Below, in pieces: positions 10,709-23,006 of a stretch of DNA of 64,000 bases; within the stretch, counting starts at the first letter, position 1, and every line of letters begins with the position of its first letter. The stretch spans positions 2,187 through 66,186 of the forward strand of contig CAWGYW010000007.1 of NCBI GenBank assembly GCA_963826985.1, read 5' to 3'. Source of the stretch: an uncultured Solirubrobacteraceae bacterium (lineage in GTDB: Bacteria > Actinomycetota > Thermoleophilia > Solirubrobacterales > Solirubrobacteraceae). The position numbers were made by a program, and so were the translations under genes. The notes beneath the pieces were generated by a model. That model was given only the letters and a program-made list of their open reading frames with translations. It was not told the origin of the DNA and made no database searches.

Positions 10709-12494
10709 TTCGGCCGAGCGCCGCTTCGAGCACTTCACGGGCGACGGGCGCCGCGGTGGTGCCGCCGGCGCCGTCTTTGACGAGCATCACGCAGACGACG
10801 ATCCGCGGGTGCAGCGCGGGCGCGAAGGCCGCGAACCAGGCGTCGGTGTTTGCGGCTTCGCTTTCGCCGCTCTGACAGCCTTCCTTGCTCGCTTCGGTGC
10901 CCGTCGTCGCGCCCGCTTCGGAGGTCGATGAAGAGGGGCTGCACGCGGTCTTCAGTTCGGCGGTGCCGGTCTTGCCGGCGACGGTCACCCCGGGGATCGC
11001 GGCGGCCGTCCCGGTGCCTTCGCGCACCACGCCGATCATCAGCCGCCGCATCGTGTGCGCCACCGACGCGCCGATCGCGGGCACCCCCGCGCTGGCGGGG
11101 CTCGGGAGGAAGGTCGGCTGGGGCCGTCGGCCGCCGTCGGCGATGGTCGCTGCGACGGTCGCCATCTCGCAGCGGCGTGGCGAGGACTTCCCCCTGGCCG
11201 ATCGCGGTGGAGCCGACGTCGAGTTCGCCCTGGATCTCGCTGGCCGGTGGCAGCGTGCTCTCGGCCGCGCCGGCGATCCCCGGTTCGTGGTTGAAGCCGA
11301 ACCGTTCGGCCATCGCCACCAGCCGCGTCGCGCCGAGCTTGACGCCCAGCGGCGAGAACACGGAGTTGCAGGAGACGGCGAACGCGAGTTCCAGCGTGCC
11401 GCCGCATTCCTCGCCGTTGGCGTTGTTCAGCTTGACCCCGTCGAGCGTGGCGAACGTCGCGTATGGGAAGACGGTGTGCGGGCTTGCGATCTTCGCCGCG
11501 AGCACGCCGGTGGTGGTGATCATCTTGAACGTCGAGCCCGGCGGCTGCAGCCCGTCGAGGCCGATGCCGGCGACGGCGAGGATCTGCCCGCTCGCGGGCT
11601 GCATCGCGACGACTCCGCCGTAGCTGGCCGCCGAGCGCCGTCACCGCCGCGCTGCTGCAGCGCCGGGGAGACGGTCGTGCGAACCGGCGCAGCGGGGTGC
11701 GGCGTGGCGTAGGCGAGCAGGCGCGCTCCGGCGAGCAGCTCGCCGCCCGGGGTGCCCCGCAGGCGGGCGTCGAGCGCGAGCTCGAGGCCGCTCAGCCCGA
11801 CGATCGCTTCGGCCGGGACGCCCTGTTCTTCGAGCGCCTGGCGGCGTGCGGCCGGAACGGGCCCGACGGTCCCGAGCGACGGCGTCGGCGACGTCGCCGA
11901 GCGGGGAGTTGCGGGTGGCTTCGGCTCGACTGCGAGCGGGCGCGGCGGCCGGGCGGCGCTTTCGGCGAGCACGCTGCCGTCGCGAGCCAGCAGCGTCGCG
12001 CGCTGCGGCAGCGATGGTGCGGCGGCTGAGCAGCTCGCCGGGGCGCAGGCCGGGGAACGTGAGCGAACGCGACCACAGGATGCGCGTGCCCGCGCGCCGG
12101 CTTCCTCGACGGTCCTGAAGCTGAAGGCGAGCGACAGCGCGCCGAACAGGCGCGTGTGGACGCGGACCGGCACCGTCACCTCTGCGCCGCGGGCCGCCGC
12201 GCGTGGCGCCGCCGATCCGCTCGCTGCGTCGGCGGTCGCGGTGGTGAGCGCTTCCTGGTAGGCGCTGCGCGAATTCGCTCACCGAGGTGCGCACGGCGCG
12301 AGGAGCCGGCGATGTCCGAGTACATGCTCGCGTAGTCGCCCGCGCGTCCACGCGGTGACGAACTGGTCGGCCAGCGCGTACCCCGCGGGTGCGCTGTGAC
12401 GCGCGCCGAGGATCGCGCCGGCCGCGAAGGCCACCGCGGCCAGCACGAGGACGGGGCGCGCGCGTCGCAGGCGCTGGTTGCGGCTTTCGGTCAC
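10659..12494 (-). CDS. Class B penicillin-binding protein/transpeptidase (frameshifted; 3' end approximate)
   Basis: N-terminal TM segment; PGSTFK (SxxK), SCN (SxN), AIGQG and AGKTGTAE (KTG). Confidence 0.88.
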
Positions 12495-12515
12495 GGAACT
12501 TGTAGAACATGACAG

Positions 12516-13687
12516 GTGACTCAGCTGGATTGGCTGATAGTCGCGTTCGCGTCGATCCTCGCCATCTTTGGCTTCCGGCAGGGCTTCATCGTGGGGGTGC
12601 TGTCGTTCGGCGGCTTCGCGCTCGGCGCGTTCCTCGGCACGCGCCTGGCTCCGCTGGTGCTGCCGCAGGGCTCCGCCTCGCCGTACGCGCCGGCGTTCGG
12701 CCTGCTCGGCGCGCTGCTCGGCGGCGCGATCCTCGCGAGCGGCCTGGAGGGGCTCGGCTTCAGGCTGCGCCGCACGCTGATCATCCCGGGCATGGGCCTG
12801 CTCGACGGGGTGCTCGGCGCGGCGCTCGGCGCGGCGCTGGCGCTGGGGATCGTGTGGATCGCGGCGGCCGTCGCGGGCCAGACGCCCGGGCAGGGCCGAG
12901 CTGCGGGCCGACATCCAGCGCTCGGCGATCCTGCGCAAGCTCAACGAGGTGCTGCCGCCGTCGGGGCCGATCCTGAACGCGCTCGCGCGGCTGGATCCGA
13001 TGCCCTCGATCAGCGGCCCCTCGCCGGACGTCGCGGCGCCCGAGCCGGCGATCGCCCACGCCCCGGGCGTGCAGCGCGCCGCACGTAGCGTCGTGCGGGT
13101 CGACGGCACCGCGTGCGGCCTGGCGATCGAGGGCTCGGGCTGGGTGGCAGCACCGGACGTGGTGGTGACGAACGCGCACGTCGTCGCCGGCGAGACCGAC
13201 ACGACCGTCGAGGTCGGCGGCGAACCGCCGAGCCTGCCGGCCGAAGCGATCGCGTTCGAACCGCAGCACGACCTCGCGGTGCTGCGCGTGCCGGAACTCG
13301 ACCTGCCGTCGCTGAGCTTCGCGCCAGCACGCCGTCGGGCACGCCCGGGCGCGATCCTCGGCTATCCGGAGAACGGCCCGTTCGACGTGCAGCCGGGCCG
13401 GATCGGGCGCGACGCAGGACGTGGTCACCCAGAACGCCTACGGCCAGGGCCCGGTCTCGCGGCTGCTGACGCCGCTGCGCGGGCTCGTGCGCCCCGGCAA
13501 CTCCGGCGGCCCGCTGGTCGACGTCGACGGGCGGGTCCTGACGACCGTGTTCGCCGCGACCGTCGACAGTCAGCGTGCGCGGCGGCTACGGCGTGGCCAA
13601 CGAAACGGTGGCGAGCGTGCTGCGCGAAGCGACGCGCACGAGCGCGAAGGCGCCCAGGTGAGCACCGGGCCGTGCACCAGCGGATGA
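12516..13687 (+). CDS. MarP-family membrane serine protease (CvpA + trypsin-like; frameshifted)
   Basis: N-terminal TM helices (LDWLIV..GFRQG), then GSGWV, VTNAHVVAG, DLAVL and PGNSGGPL. Confidence 0.88.
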
Positions 13688-13766
13688 GCCGCGCGCGGGC
13701 TCCGGCTGCCGATCGCCGGCAGCAACCGTCCGGCGGCGGCGTCGGGCGCCCGCTACGCTGACCGCC

Positions 13767-16156
13767 ATGTCCAAGACGCTCCTGGTCGCCGAGAAGCCCT
13801 CCGTCGGGCAGGACCTCGCGCGCGTGCTGCCCGGGCCGTTCAAGAAGCAGGAGGGGTTCCTCGAGGGCCCCGACCACGTGGTCACGTGGGCGGTCGGGCA
13901 CCTCGTGCAGCTCGCCGAACCGGAAGCCTACGACGCCAAATACAAGAGCTGGCGGATGGCCGACCTGCCGATCGTGCCCGATCGCTTCAAGCTCGAGGTG
14001 CGCGACGAGCGCTCGCGCAAGCAGATGTCGGTGGTCACCAAACAGCTCGGCCGCGAGGACGTCGAGGAGGTCGTCAACGCCTGCGACGCCGGTCGCGAGG
14101 GCGAGCTGATCTTCGCCTACCTGTACGAGAAGGCGAAAGGCAAGAAGCCCGTCAAACGGCTGTGGCTGAACTCGATGACGAACGCGGCGATGAAGAGCGC
14201 GCTCGCGGCGCTGCGCCCGGCGCGAGGAGTTCGAGCGCCTCGAGGAGGCGGCCCGCTCGCGCTCGGAGGCCGACTGGATCGTCGGCATGAACGCCACGCG
14301 CGCGGCGACCATCCGGCTGCGCAGCTCCTTCGACGGGGCCGTCTCGCTGGGGCGCGTGCAGACGCCGACGCTCGCGATCGTGGCGCGCCGCGAGGAGGAG
14401 ATCAGGGCGTTCAAGCCCGAGCCCTACTGGCTGGTGGACGCGACGTTCGCGGCCGACCGGCGCTCGTGCCGGGCGAGGACGGCCAACGGCGAGCGCATCT
14501 ACGTCGGCCACTTCCAGGCGCCCGCGGGCAGCCCGGGTACGACGAAAGGGCCGCGGATCGGCACCGAGGAGGAGGCGCAGGCGATCGTCGCGGCGTGCGA
14601 GGGCAGGCCGGGGACGATCACCAAGCTCGAGAAGAAAGAGCAGCGCGAGAAAGCGCCGATGCTCTACGACCTGACGACGCTGCAGCGCGAGGCGAACAAC
14701 CGCTACGGCTTCTCGGCCAAACGCACGCTCGGCGGCCGCGCAGCGGCTCTACGAGGAGCACAAGGCGCTCACCTATCCGCGCACCAACTCGCGCTACCTG
14801 ACGACCGACATGGTCGAGGAGATCAAGCCGATCGCCGAGCTCGTGGGCGCGCACAGCGAGTACCGCAAGGGCGCCGAGTACGTGGTCGGCCTCGACGTGC
14901 TGCCGCTCGGAGCGCGTGGTCAACGACGAGAAGGTCACCGACCACCACGCGATCATCCCCACGCGCTCGGAGCACAACCTCGAGAAAATGGGCTCCGACG
15001 ACAGGCGCATCTACGACATGGCGGTGCGGCGCTTCCTGGCGGTGTTCCACCCCGAGGCGGTGTTCGAGAACACGCGCGTCGAGACGACCGTCAGGGTCGC
15101 CGCATCGTCCCCGGAGGGCGACGGCGGCGAGGACGCCAACGGGCCACGTGTTCCGCACGCGCGGCAAGCTGCTGATCGTGCCCGGCTGGCGCGGCGTCTA
15201 CGACGAGGTCTCCGCCGACGCGAAAGCCGCCGAAGCCGAGGCGCGGGGCGAGGAGGACGAGGAGACCGAGCAGCAGCTCCCGCGGCTGCTCGCCGACGAG
15301 CAGGTGCAGACGCGCAGATCGAGAGCGCGCGCAAGGAAACCAAACCGCCGCGGCGCTACAGCGACGCGTCGCTGCTCGGCGCGATGGAGACGGCCGGCAA
15401 GCTGGTCGACGACGACGAGCTGCGCGAGGCGATGAAGGACTCGGGGATCGGCACGCCGGCGACGCGCGCGGCGATCATCGAGCGGCTGATCACGGTCGGC
15501 TACGTCGAGCGCGACGGGCGCGCGCTGGTGGCGACGGAGAAGGGCCTGAACGTGATCCGGCTGCTCAACGAGCACGCGCTCACCTCGCCCGGGCTGACCG
15601 GCAGCTGGGAGCAGCGCCTCGGGAAGATCGAGCGCGGCGAGGACTCGCGCAAGCAGTTCATGAGCGACATCGCCGGCTTCGCGCAGGAGACCGTCAAAGA
15701 GCTCGACGAGACGCTCAAAGACGTGCGCATCCCGCGCGCGCAAGCTCGGCCCATGCCCGGTGTGCGGCCACGAGATCGTCGAGAACCGCAAGGGCTACTC
15801 GTGCTGGGCGCGCGACGATCCGGGCTGCGGCTTCGTGATCTGGAAGTCGAAAGCCGGCAAGACGCTGCCGCTGGCGATCGCCCGCGAACTGATCAAGACA
15901 GGGCTACACCGAGCAGGCGGTGACGGGCTTCCGCGGCCGCAGCGGGCGCAGCTTCCGCGCGCACCTCGCGCTCAGCCAGACCGACGAGGGCAAATGGCGG
16001 GTCGAGTTCGACGAGCTGTGGGCCAAGGAGGGCGCCAAGCCGCCCGAGGCCGAGGCGGGGGCCGAGGCCGAGGCGACGACGGCGCGCGAGCCGGTCGAGG
16101 CCGCAGCGAGCGCGTCGGGCGGTGCGCCAGGATGGGCGGTATGCCGATCACGCTGA
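13767..16156 (+). CDS. topB: Type IA DNA topoisomerase III (frameshifted)
   Basis: Toprim AEKPS and ACDAGREGELIF; GRVQTPTL; catalytic LTYPRT; DHHAIIPT; GIGTPATRAAIIE; C-terminal Zn ribbon plus GF.G.SG..F.A.L repeat. Confidence 0.88.
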
Positions 16157-19137
16157 TCACCGGGCCCGCGAACGCGGGCAAGGCGCAGGTCGTGATGGAC
16201 GGCGTGCGCCGGCACCTGGCGCACGGCGAGGAGCCGCTGCTGGTCGTGCCCACGCGCGCCGACGCGGAGCACTACCTGCGCGAGCTGGCCGGCGAGGGCG
16301 CGGCGATGGGCGTGCGCGTGGAGCGCTTCGCCGGGCTGATCGGCGAGGCGGTGCGCCGTGCGGGGATCGGCGAGGCGGTGCTCGGCAGGCTCGCCCGCGA
16401 GCGGGTGCTCGAGGCGCTCGCCGCGCGCGCGCCGGAGCGCCGTCGATCGCCCGGCTTCGTGCGCGCGCTCGGGGAGCTGTTCGCCGAGCTGCAGGTGCGG
16501 CGGGTGACGCCCGCGCGCCTGAGCGCAGGCGCTGTCCAGCTGGCGCGCGGCGGACGGCACGGCGGCGCATCCGGCGCAGCTCGAGCGGCTGTACGCCGAC
16601 TACCGCGCGGCGCTCGCGCGGCTGGGGCGCATCGACGCCGAGCAGCGCGCGGTGCGCGCGCTGGACGCTCTGCGCGAGCGGCCCGCGCTGTGGGGGCGCA
16701 CGCCCGTGCTGGTGTACGGCTTCGACGACCTCACCCGGCTGCAGCTGGACGCGATCGAGACGCTCGGCCGGGTCGTCGACGCCGCAGGTGACCGTGTCGC
16801 TCGCCTACGAGCCGGGCCGCGCGGCGTTCGCCGGGCGGGCCGCGAGCTTTCACGCGCTCGCGCCGCTCGCCGCCGAGCACCGCGAGCTGGCGGCGCGCGC
16901 CGAGCACTACGCGCCCTGCGCGCGCGCCGCGCTCAGCCACCTCGAGCGCTCGCTGTTCGAGCCGCGGCGCGGCGCGGGTCGGGGCACGGCGACTGCGGTG
17001 CGGCTGCTGCGAGGGCGGCGGCGAGCGCGCCGAGCTCGAGCTGGTGGCCGCGGAGATCGGCTCGCTGCTCGACGCGCGGCACGGCGCCGGAGGAGATCGC
17101 CGTGCTGGTGCGTCCGGGCGGGACCGACCCGGACCTGCTCGAAGAGGTGCTTCGCCGCGTCGGCGATCCCGTTCGCGCTGCGGCGCGCGAGGCCGTTCGG
17201 CGACACGGCGATCGGGCGCGCGCTGATCGGCCTGCTGCGCTGCGTGCCGGCCCCCGACGGATCGCGCTCCGAGGAGTCGCGGCGGGCGAGCTCGGCGGAT
17301 CTGCTGGCGTGGCTGCGCGCGCCCGGCCTGCTGCGACCCCTCCCACGCGGCCCCGGGCCCTCGCTGGCCGACCGGCTCGAGATCGCAGCGCGACGCGCGG
17401 GCGCGACGAGCGCCGCGCAGGCGCGGGCGCTGTGGGAGCGAGCGCAACTGGCCGCTGGAGACGATCGACCGGCTCGCCGAGGCGCAGGAGCGGGGCGCGG
17501 CGGCGCTGTGCGAGCGCGCCGCGCGCGAGCTGTACTGGCTGTTCTGCGCCCCGCGGCGCGCCGCCGCGAGCGTGCTCGCGGCCGACGAGCTCGACGAGGC
17601 GAGCGCGCTGGCGGGCGGCCGGCGAGCGCTGGGCGAGCTGCGCGAGCTGGCGCGCATCGCCCCGGAGCTGGCGCCGGCGAGCGCGGGCGAGCTGGCGCGT
17701 GCGCTGGAGCGGCTCGAGTCTGGCGCGAGCGGCTGGCCGGCACGGGCGGCGCGCAGCCACGACCGCCGAGGCACCCGCCGGCGCGGTGGCCGTGCTCGAC
17801 CCGCTGGCGCTGCGCGCGCGCAGGGTGCGGGTGCTGTTCGTGTGCGGTCTGCAGGAGGGCGTGTTCCCCGCGCGCGCTCGCCCGCAGCCGTTCCTGGCCG
17901 AGGAGGAGCGGCGGCGGCTCGCGGAGGTCTCCGGGCTGAGGCTGGGCGAGCAGGAGGACGTGCTGGCGGCCGAGCGCTACCTGCTGTACGCGGCCGTGTC
18001 GCGCCCGCGAGGAGCGGCTGTTCCTGAGCTGGCACGTGGCCGACGACGAAGGCGAGGCGATGTCGAGGTCGCTGTTCGTGGACGACGTCTGCGACCTGTT
18101 CGACGAGAGCCTCTCCCGCGAGCGCGCGCGCAGCGGCCGCTGGGCGCCGTCGATGGGCTGCCCGCGCAGGCCACTGCCGCATCGCGACGCCAGTCCCGTG
18201 AGCCGAGCGCTGCGCGACGAGCGGCTGCTGGCGCAGCTGCGCGCGCACGTGTGGTCGCCGTCGTCGCTCGAGCGCTGGATCGGCTGTCCGGTGAGCTGGT
18301 TCGTCGAGCGGATGCTGCGCCCAGACGCCTTCGACCCCGACCCCGAGCCGCTCGCCCGCGGCGGCGCTCGCGCACGCGGCGCTGAAGGACACGCTCGAGG
18401 GGCTGCGCGAGCGAGACCGGCAGCGCGCGGCTGACGCCGCGCGAGCCTCGCGCTCGCGCGCGAGCTGCTCGGCGCGGGCGCTGGCGCGAGAACGAGGCGC
18501 GAGCACCCGCTGTCGGTGGCGCCCGAGCGGCGGGTCGGCCGTGCGCCGGCGGCTGCAGGCGGACCTGGAGCGCTACCTCGAGCACGCGGCCGCCGCCGCG
18601 AGCCCGCTGGAGCCGCTCGCCCTGGAGCTCGGCTTCGGCTTCGCCGAGGGCGACGAGCGCGGCGAGGCGAGCGAGCTGCCCGCGCTCGAGCTCGGCGGCG
18701 GCGTGCGCCTGCGCGGGCGGATCGACCGCGTCGACGTGAGCGCGCAGCGGCGAGGCGGTGGTGTTCGACTACAAGGGCGGCCGCGCGCCGGCCGGCGCGC
18801 GCTGGATCGCGGACGGCGAGCATGCAGGTGGCGCTGTACATGCGCGCCGTCGAGGAGCTGCTGCACCGCCCGGTGGTCGGCGGCTTCTACCAGCCGCTCA
18901 CCGGCGAGGACCTGCGCGCCCGCGGGGTGCTCGACGGCGATGCCGGGTCGAGCTCGAGCCGCGTGCGCCCGGACGTGCTCGAGCACGACGAGCTGCGCGA
19001 GCTGCTGGCTGCAGGCGGTCGCGCTGGCGCTCGAGGCGGCCGGCGAGGCGGGCCGCGGCGAGCTTGAGGCGCGCCCGCAGACGTGCGCGTTCCGCGGCGG
19101 CTGCATGTACCCGACGATCTGCCGGTGCGAGCGGTGA
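16141..19137 (+). CDS. addB: AddB-like helicase/nuclease subunit with PD-(D/E)XK nuclease (heavily frameshifted)
   Basis: LITGPANAGK, LLVVPT, YGFDDLT..Q, GLQEGVFP, ERYLLYAAVSR, SPSSLERW..CP, GRIDRVD, DYKG, QVALY and C-terminal C..C..C. Confidence 0.8.
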
Positions 19138-22100
19138 CGGCGCTCGAGCGACGGCGTCGCGCTCACCGGCGAGCAGGAGCAGCGGTCGTCGCGCCGCGCC
19201 GAGCCGCTGCTGCTGTCGGCGGCGGCCGGCAGCGGCAAGACCTCGGTGCTGGTCGAGCGCTTCGTCGCGGCGGTGCGCGAGGACGGCATCGCGCCCGCGC
19301 GGATCCTCGCGATCACCTTCACCGAGCGCGCCGCCGGCGAGCTGCGCGCGCGCGTGCGCGCGCGCCTGCTGGAGCTCGGCGACCGCGAGGCCGCGCGCGA
19401 CACCGAGGCGGCGTTCGTCGGCACCTTCCACGGCTTCTGCGCGCGCCTGCTGCGCGCCCACCCGCTGCGCGGCGGGGCTCGATCCCGGCTTCGCGATCCT
19501 CGACGAGGGCCTCGCCGGGCGCCTGCGCGAGCTGGCGTTCGCGGCGGCGCTGCGCGAGTTCCTCGCCGGACGCGCGCAGCGAGGCGGTGGACCTGCTCGC
19601 CGCCTACGGCGTCGACCGCGTGCGCGCGATGATCGAGCAGGTCTACGCCGAGCTGCGCAGCCGCGGCCAGCGGCTGCCGCGACTGCCCGCAGCCGCGGGT
19701 CGTGCGCCGAGCGCGCGAGCGACGCTCGGCGTCGGAGGCCGCACGACGCCGATCGACGCTCGAGGCCGATGAGCGGCGCTCGACGCCGACGCGGCGCGCG
19801 CGTGCGTGCTGCTGGACGAGCTGCTGCGGCGCTTCGGCTCGCCTACGAGCGGCTCAAGAGCGAGCGCGGGGCGGTCGACTTCGACGACCTCGAGCTGCTC
19901 GCGCGCGAGCTGCTTGCCGAGCGCGACGGCGTGCGCGCGGCGTGGTCGGAGCGCTTCGAGCTGCTGATGGTCGACGAGTTCCAGGACACCAACCCGCGCC
20001 AGCTCGGCATCCTCGCAGGCGCTCGACCGCGGCAACCTGTTCACGGTCGGCGACGAGCTGCAGTCGATCTACGGCTTCAGGCACGCCGACGTGAGCCTCT
20101 TCCGCGCGCGCCGCGGCGCGCTCGAGGAGCTGGGCGGCAGCCTGCGCTGACGCGCAACTTCCGCAGCCGCGAGGCGCTGCTCGACGTCGTCAACGCCGTC
20201 GTTCGCCGAGCGCTTCGCCGGCTACACGCCGCTGGTCGCCGGCCTGGCGGCGCCTCGGACGTGCCAGCGGCGCGGACGCGCCGGGTCGCGACGTGGGTCC
20301 GGCGGGCGAAGGCGCGCTTGCGGCACGCGCCGAGCCGGATGTGGAGCTGCTGCTGACGGACATGCGCGGCTGGGAGGAGCGCGAGGAGCTCGCCGGGCCG
20401 ATCGCCGCCGGGCTGCCCCACGCGCAGCTGTGGCGTCAGGCGGAGGCGCGGCTGCTCGCCCAGCGCGTGGCCGAGCTCGTGCGCGACGGACAGGCGCGGC
20501 CTGGGGAGGTGGTGGTGCTGCTGCGCGCGGCCGGCGACCTCGAGGTGTTCGAGCGCGCGCTGCAGCTGTCGGCCTGCGCACGCTGGCGGCCGTCGGCGCC
20601 TTCTGGGGGCATCAGCAGATCGGCGACCTGATCGCCTACCTGCGGGCGCTCGCGAACCCGCTGGACGAGCGGGCGCTGTACTCGGCGCTGGCCTCGCCGC
20701 TTGCGCGGCTGCTCGCGCGACTGCCTGGCGCTGCTCGCGGACGCCGCCCGCGCCGATCGCCGCGGGGCGTGGGAGACCGCGCTCGCCGCGGTCGGCGACG
20801 GTGACGGCGAGGCAAACGGCGAGCTCTCGGACCCAGGTGATGTCGGCTCGGACCCACGTGATGTCGGCTCGGACCCAGGCGATGTCGGCGGCAGCGACGT
20901 GGCGCCTCGTGGCGAGGGCGCGCTGGCCCTCGCCTCCCAGCTCGCGCCCGCCGACCGCGCCGCGCTCGCCTCGTTCTGTGCCCGCCTGCAGGGCGAGCGC
21001 GGCGCCGTCCCGCGCCGGACGCTCTCGCGAGCTGATCGAGCGGGCGATCGACGCGAGCGGCTACCGCGAGCACGTGCTCGGCGCTCGACTGGGCCGAGCG
21101 GCGGCTGGCGAACGTCCACAAGCTGCTGCGCCTCGCGCGGCGCTTCGAAGCGAGCGAGGGGCGCGACCTGCGGGGCTTCCTCGACCACGTCGAGTATCTC
21201 CACCAGGCCGCCAAGGTCGAGCCCGACGCGCCCGTCGAAGGCGTCGAGCCGGACGCCGTGCGCCTGATGACGATCCACGCCGCCAAGGGCCTGGAGTTCC
21301 CGGTCGTGTGCGTGGCCGACCTCGGGCGCCAGCCGAACACGCAGACCCCCGACCTGCTCGTGGACGGCGAGCGCGTCGGCCTGCGCCTGCGTGCGCCTCG
21401 ACGGCGCCCGATCGAGCCCCGCGCTCGACTACGAGGCGCTCTGCCGCGAGCGCCGCGCGCGGGAAGCCGAGGAGGAGGACCGGATCCTGTACGTGGCGAT
21501 GACCCGGGCACGCGAGCGGCTGCTGCTGAGCGGCGCGGTCGACTTCGAGCGCTGGCCCGCGTCGCGCCAGGCGTCCCGCCGCGATCTCGTGGCTCGGTCC
21601 AGCGCTGTCGGCCGAGCTCCCGGCGCTGGTCGCGGATCTGGCCGCGGGAGCTACCATGGGAGCGCTGCCGTGTTCGACCTCCGATCGGCGACGGCGCGGT
21701 CAACGTGCGCTGCCGGCTGAACGCTCCCGCCACCGTCGGCAGCGTGCTTGCGCCTGGAGGGCACCGAGGCTGCCGGCTGCCGCAGCCGCCGGGCGTGGGC
21801 GATGGGTCGCTGGCGGGCGAGCAGCTATCCATTTTCGTGGAGCGTGCGCCATCGTCTATACCCGACGACGCTCGAGACGCCCGAGTGCAGATACGATGGC
21901 TATCGCGGGCGCTGGACAAGGCGCCGGGCGCGACGCTGGCGCGCGCACGCCGCGTGGTGGCCGGCGGCGCTGGCGAACGCTCAGCTACACGTCCTTCAGC
22001 GAGCTGGAGCGCTGCGGCTACCGCTACTACCTGGAACGCGTGCTCGGTCTGCCCGAGGACCGCCAGGCGGCGTCGAGGCGCCGACCGGCACGGGGGCCTC

Positions 22101-22775
22101 GAGGCGCGCGCCCGGGGCACGCTCGTCCACCGGCTGATGGAGTCGCTCGACTTCGCGCGGCCGGGTTCGATCGCGCCGCGAGCGATGTGGCGCGCTGCGC
22201 CCGCGAGCTGGGCATGCGCGTGGGCGCGCGACGAGCGCGCCGAGATCGCGCGGCTGATCGACGCCGCGAGCGGCGCGCCGCTGGCGGCGCGCGTGTCGCG
22301 GCTGCCACGGCAGTGCGCCGCGAGCACCCGTTCGCGTTCTCGGCTGGGGCCGCAGGCGCCGCTGATCACCGGCGTGATCGACCTGCTCGCGAGCGAGCGC
22401 CGACGGCGAACAGCTGGTGCTCGACTACAAGAGCGACGGGTCGGCGCGGACGCCGATCTGGAGGCGCTGGTCGAGCGCGACTACGCGATCCAGCGCCTGC
22501 TGTACGCGCTGGCGGTGCTGCGCGACGGCGCGGCGCGACGTGGAGATCGTGCACTGGTTCCTGGAACGCCCGCGCGAGTGGGTGAGCGTCCGCTACACCG
22601 CGGCCGAGCGCGGCGAGCTCGAGCGACTCCTGGCGGCCCGCATCGCCAGCGCGCAGCGCGTGAGCCGTTCGCGGTCAGCCCGCACGCCCCACCGCGCGCC
22701 TGTGCCCGACGTGCCCGGGCAGGACGGGCCTGTGCTCGTGGGGCGAGAGCGAGACACTGCGCGAGGATCCCGTAG
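19134..22775 (+). CDS. addA: AddA-like UvrD/SF1 helicase-nuclease (heavily frameshifted)
   Basis: AAAGSGKT, AITFTERAAGEL, GTFHGFC, VDEFQDTN, VGDELQSIYGFRHAD, NFRS, MTIHAAKGLEFP, RILYVAMTRA, GVIDLL..DYKS; GTG overlaps the addB TGA. Confidence 0.85.
20827..20889 (+). repeat. 3 x 21-nt in-frame tandem repeat inside addA
   Basis: TCGGACCCA(G/C)G(T/C)GATGTCGGC three times, encoding SDP(G/R)DVG. Confidence 0.9.
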
Positions 22776-22891
22776 CCCGCGGACGCGCACTTGGCTGCGA
22801 GCCCGGCGCGGGCGCCCGAGGCCGACGTTTTTGGCTCGCCGCGCAATCCATTGAACTCGCGTGCGCGACCTGGTTTACAGCGCCTTTCCAC

Positions 22892-23006
22892 TGCTACGCT
22901 TTCGGCTCCGCCTCAGGTGCCCGCCTGCCTGCGCGACGGTGGGTATGCCCGCAACGCGGACTGCCCACCTCTCTGCCGGGATGCACCGCCCCAAGGGAGC
23001 ACTTCC
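22892..23006 (+). promoter_or_regulatory. gltB promoter (TG-C-TACGCT) and structured leader of about 100 nt
   Basis: Extended -10 at 22892-22900; nested inverted repeats at 22916-22987; AAGGGAG SD before ATG 23007. Confidence 0.5.
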
